Origin: a virus
Taxonomy: Duplodnaviria > Caudoviricetes
IMG/VR virus record: IMGVR_UViG_3300017747_001237
Coordinates: 1-26,380 of that record
Direction: 5' to 3' (one strand)
DNA length: 26,380 nt
Shown here: positions 24,919 through 26,380 of the stretch, in pieces
Numbering within the stretch: the first letter of the stretch is position 1
Layout of the letters: the number at the start of each line of letters is the position of its first letter
Translations under genes and position numbers: made by a program
Notes under the pieces: generated by a model
The model's input: only the letters and a program-made list of their open reading frames with translations
The model's database searches: none
Told to the model about the DNA's origin: nothing

Positions 24919-25089
24919 CTAGTGCACGGCTGGCTTAGGCTTGATCTCGGGATACAACTCAACCATTCGTTCCGTCGTCATCTCAACGGCAGCGTTCACG
25001 CCGAGGCGGTAAGTCTTGAGCAATTCGATGAGGTCGCAGATGATTAGATCGGCCTCGTCTACTTCGAGGTCGTCGAGGTCCTCGGTCAT
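24919..25089 (-). CDS. 56-aa acidic hypothetical protein
   Basis: MTEDLDDLEVDEADLIICDLIELLKTYRLG... ATG overlaps the upstream stop (ATGA). Confidence 0.6.
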   Translation of the reverse strand: MTEDLDDLEVDEADLIICDLIELLKTYRLGVNAAVEMTTERMVELYPEIKPKPAVH

Positions 25090-25175
25090 TTCAGGAGAGC
25101 CAAGACTGCAACGGCAAGCACAAGAGCGGCGGTTGATAGGAGTTGAACCCGTGTGACGCGGTGTTCGGTGTTCAT
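25086..25175 (-). CDS. 29-aa single-helix hydrophobic peptide
   Basis: MNTEHRVTRVQLLSTAALVLAVAVLALLK. GGGG upstream; stop overlaps the next ATG. Confidence 0.45.
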   Translation of the reverse strand: MNTEHRVTRVQLLSTAALVLAVAVLALLK

Positions 25176-25183
25176 GAGGCCCC

Positions 25184-25225
25184 AAAAGCAGAAGCGCCCG
25201 GAAGGCTGTTGGGCCTCGGGCGCTT
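25184..25225 (-). terminator. Putative intrinsic terminator downstream of the late promoter (tR'-like)
   Basis: AAGCGCCCG-AGGC-CCAACA-GCCT-TC-CGGGCGCTT followed by CTGCTTTT (interrupted U-tract). Confidence 0.6.
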
Positions 25226-25242
25226 GTGTCGGCATTGTGGCG

Positions 25243-25271
25243 TTTATGCGGTGATTTGCAGGGCCTGTCAA
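25243..25271 (-). promoter_or_regulatory. Putative sigma70 late promoter (pR'-like)
   Basis: Consensus TTGACA (25271-25266), 17-bp spacer, CATAAA (25248-25243). Lies 9 bp after the regulator gene stop and points into the late operon. Confidence 0.7.
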
Positions 25272-25280
25272 TTAGCCCGG

Positions 25281-25805
25281 TCACGGTGCTCGTGGACGAT
25301 TGGTACCGTAGTGGTGCGTAAGCATCTCCAAGGCGATCTTCAGATAGGCCACGCCGCTCGCAGCCGCGCGCTTGTCGTCGGTGATGCCAGCAATCAGCTT
25401 GCCGATGTGGGATGCCGTCTTGCCGTCGCAGGCAAGCAGCATGGCCATACGGGCGGATGGTGGAAGGGCGGCCTTAGCCTGGGCGTGCAACACGTAGTAA
25501 TCGACGGTACGCGCCATGTCAGCCTCTGCGGCGTAGCCTGAGAGCTGGCTGACTGGCGTGCCTTCTGCGTGGCGCTGGCCATAGCTGGGGGTAATGGATC
25601 GGCCACGATAGGCCAGCTCTAGATGCGCAGCAAACTTCTGGCCGGCGTCTCGCTCTTCATCGGTGATCTGGTTCAACCGGCGCATGTTGCCCCAGATGTC
25701 ACGGACGACGTAGGCCCTGCGCTGTGTGGCTTGTGTAACCTCAGGCTCGTCGATGCCGTGCGCCGCGCGGGCCACTCGCTCTGCGGTCGGGCTGATGGTG
25801 TCCAT
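25281..25805 (-). CDS. Putative late-gene regulator (DUF6456 / antiterminator Q-like)
   Basis: QIT.EE..AG.KF, C-terminal helical HTH-like region (LLACDGKT...IG........A...LKIAL..L..HYG). AGGAC RBS. Directly upstream of promoter and terminator. Confidence 0.6.
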   Translation of the reverse strand: MDTISPTAERVARAAHGIDEPEVTQATQRRAYVVRDIWGNMRRLNQITDEERDAGQKFAAHLELAYRGRSITPSYGQRHAEGTPVSQLSGYAAEADMARTVDYYVLHAQAKAALPPSARMAMLLACDGKTASHIGKLIAGITDDKRAAASGVAYLKIALEMLTHHYGTNRPRAP

Positions 25806-25867
25806 ATGGCGTCCTATTGGTTGTGGTTGGTCTGGGACGCAGGACGAAGGGAAGCGAACTTGAGACT

Positions 25868-26182
25868 TTAGCTAATGGCCACCGGCAGCCACGCGCCATT
25901 TGTGAACCGATAAACAAGCCGGCCATCGCTTGCCAAAGCGCCTTCGCGTGGACCAGCAACAGCCGAATTGAGCGAATTTTTGCTCTGGCGAAGTTGGTCC
26001 GCCAGATACTGGCTTTCGCCCACTAACGGTGCATGTTGGATCGGCGCTGGTTGATGCGCCTGAACAATCGCCAGCCCTGCCCTTAGCTCTTCGACGAGAG
26101 CGGTCAGTTGCATCCCGTTGCCGTCTCTCTCGACGCGGTCCATGATCCGGGTGGCGATGAAGGTTAGTTGGTCTTCGGTCAT
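25868..26182 (-). CDS. Hypothetical protein
   Basis: 104 aa, GGGGAG RBS, ATGA overlap with the upstream gene. Confidence 0.65.
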   Translation of the reverse strand: MTEDQLTFIATRIMDRVERDGNGMQLTALVEELRAGLAIVQAHQPAPIQHAPLVGESQYLADQLRQSKNSLNSAVAGPREGALASDGRLVYRFTNGAWLPVAIS

Positions 26183-26343
26183 GACTGCACACTCCCCACG
26201 GCTTTGACCTTGACGCGTGGCTTCGGCTCTAGACAGTCAAGAAGATACTGCAAGTGGTCGACTTTGATGATGACAAGCGGGTCTTGAATGCGCCGATGGA
26301 TGTCGATGAGATTGCGATAGTGGGCTGCCTCGTGTTCGTTCAT
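26179..26343 (-). CDS. 54-aa hypothetical protein (not in the ORF track)
   Basis: MNEHEAAHYRNLIDIHRRIQDPLVIIKVDHLQYLLDCLEPKPRVKVKAVGSVQS. AGGAG RBS; stop overlaps the next ATG. Confidence 0.65.
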   Translation of the reverse strand: MNEHEAAHYRNLIDIHRRIQDPLVIIKVDHLQYLLDCLEPKPRVKVKAVGSVQS

Positions 26344-26380
26344 GCCTCTGGCTCCTACTTGTGCAATTCGATCGTGCGGA

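Larger units (their letters stand above)
1..26380 (-). mobile_element. P22-like podovirus/prophage late region (packaging, head, short tail, ejection proteins, tail fibre, lysis)
   Basis: Co-directional terminase, portal, scaffold, capsid, gp10-like hub, ejection-like proteins, tail fibre and GH24 lysozyme. No tape measure, tail tube or sheath gene seen. No host genes or att site in the window, so free phage and prophage cannot be distinguished. Confidence 0.95.

Noticed and set aside
25090-25284. Long N-terminal extensions of the 24919 and 25086 ORFs
   Set aside because: They run across the promoter and hairpin; downstream coupled ATG starts fit better.
1-26380. tRNA, rRNA, CRISPR array, integrase/att site or pac site
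   Set aside because: None recognisable by eye, intergenic gaps are very short, and a pac site cannot be assigned from sequence alone.

Overview
The window is the late (virion morphogenesis and lysis) region of a GC-rich, P22-like podovirus or prophage, probably of an alphaproteobacterium (inferred from gene types). Almost all genes lie on the minus strand and are coupled by stop/start overlaps. Read right to left: small ORFs; a Q/DUF6456-like regulator; a sigma70-type promoter and hairpin; a DUF4407-like membrane protein; TerS; TerL split into two genes around a 47-codon ORF; portal; GroES-like co-chaperonin; scaffold; head proteins and major capsid protein; adaptor and gp10-like hub; needle and LamG tip; three ejection-type proteins; an 1103-aa tail fibre and tip protein; then the lysis region. 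Three things stand out. (1) An opposite-strand NUMOD4-HNH endonuclease gene abuts a 16-codon remnant of the endolysin 5' end that stops right after the catalytic Glu-Gly. A diverged copy of that 5' end starts the intact endolysin on the other side, and an open antisense frame links the old start to the new one. (2) TerL is split inside its ATPase domain. (3) A GNAT plus ADP-ribosyltransferase-like polyvalent protein is coupled directly downstream of the endolysin. All family assignments come from reading motifs; no database searches were run.
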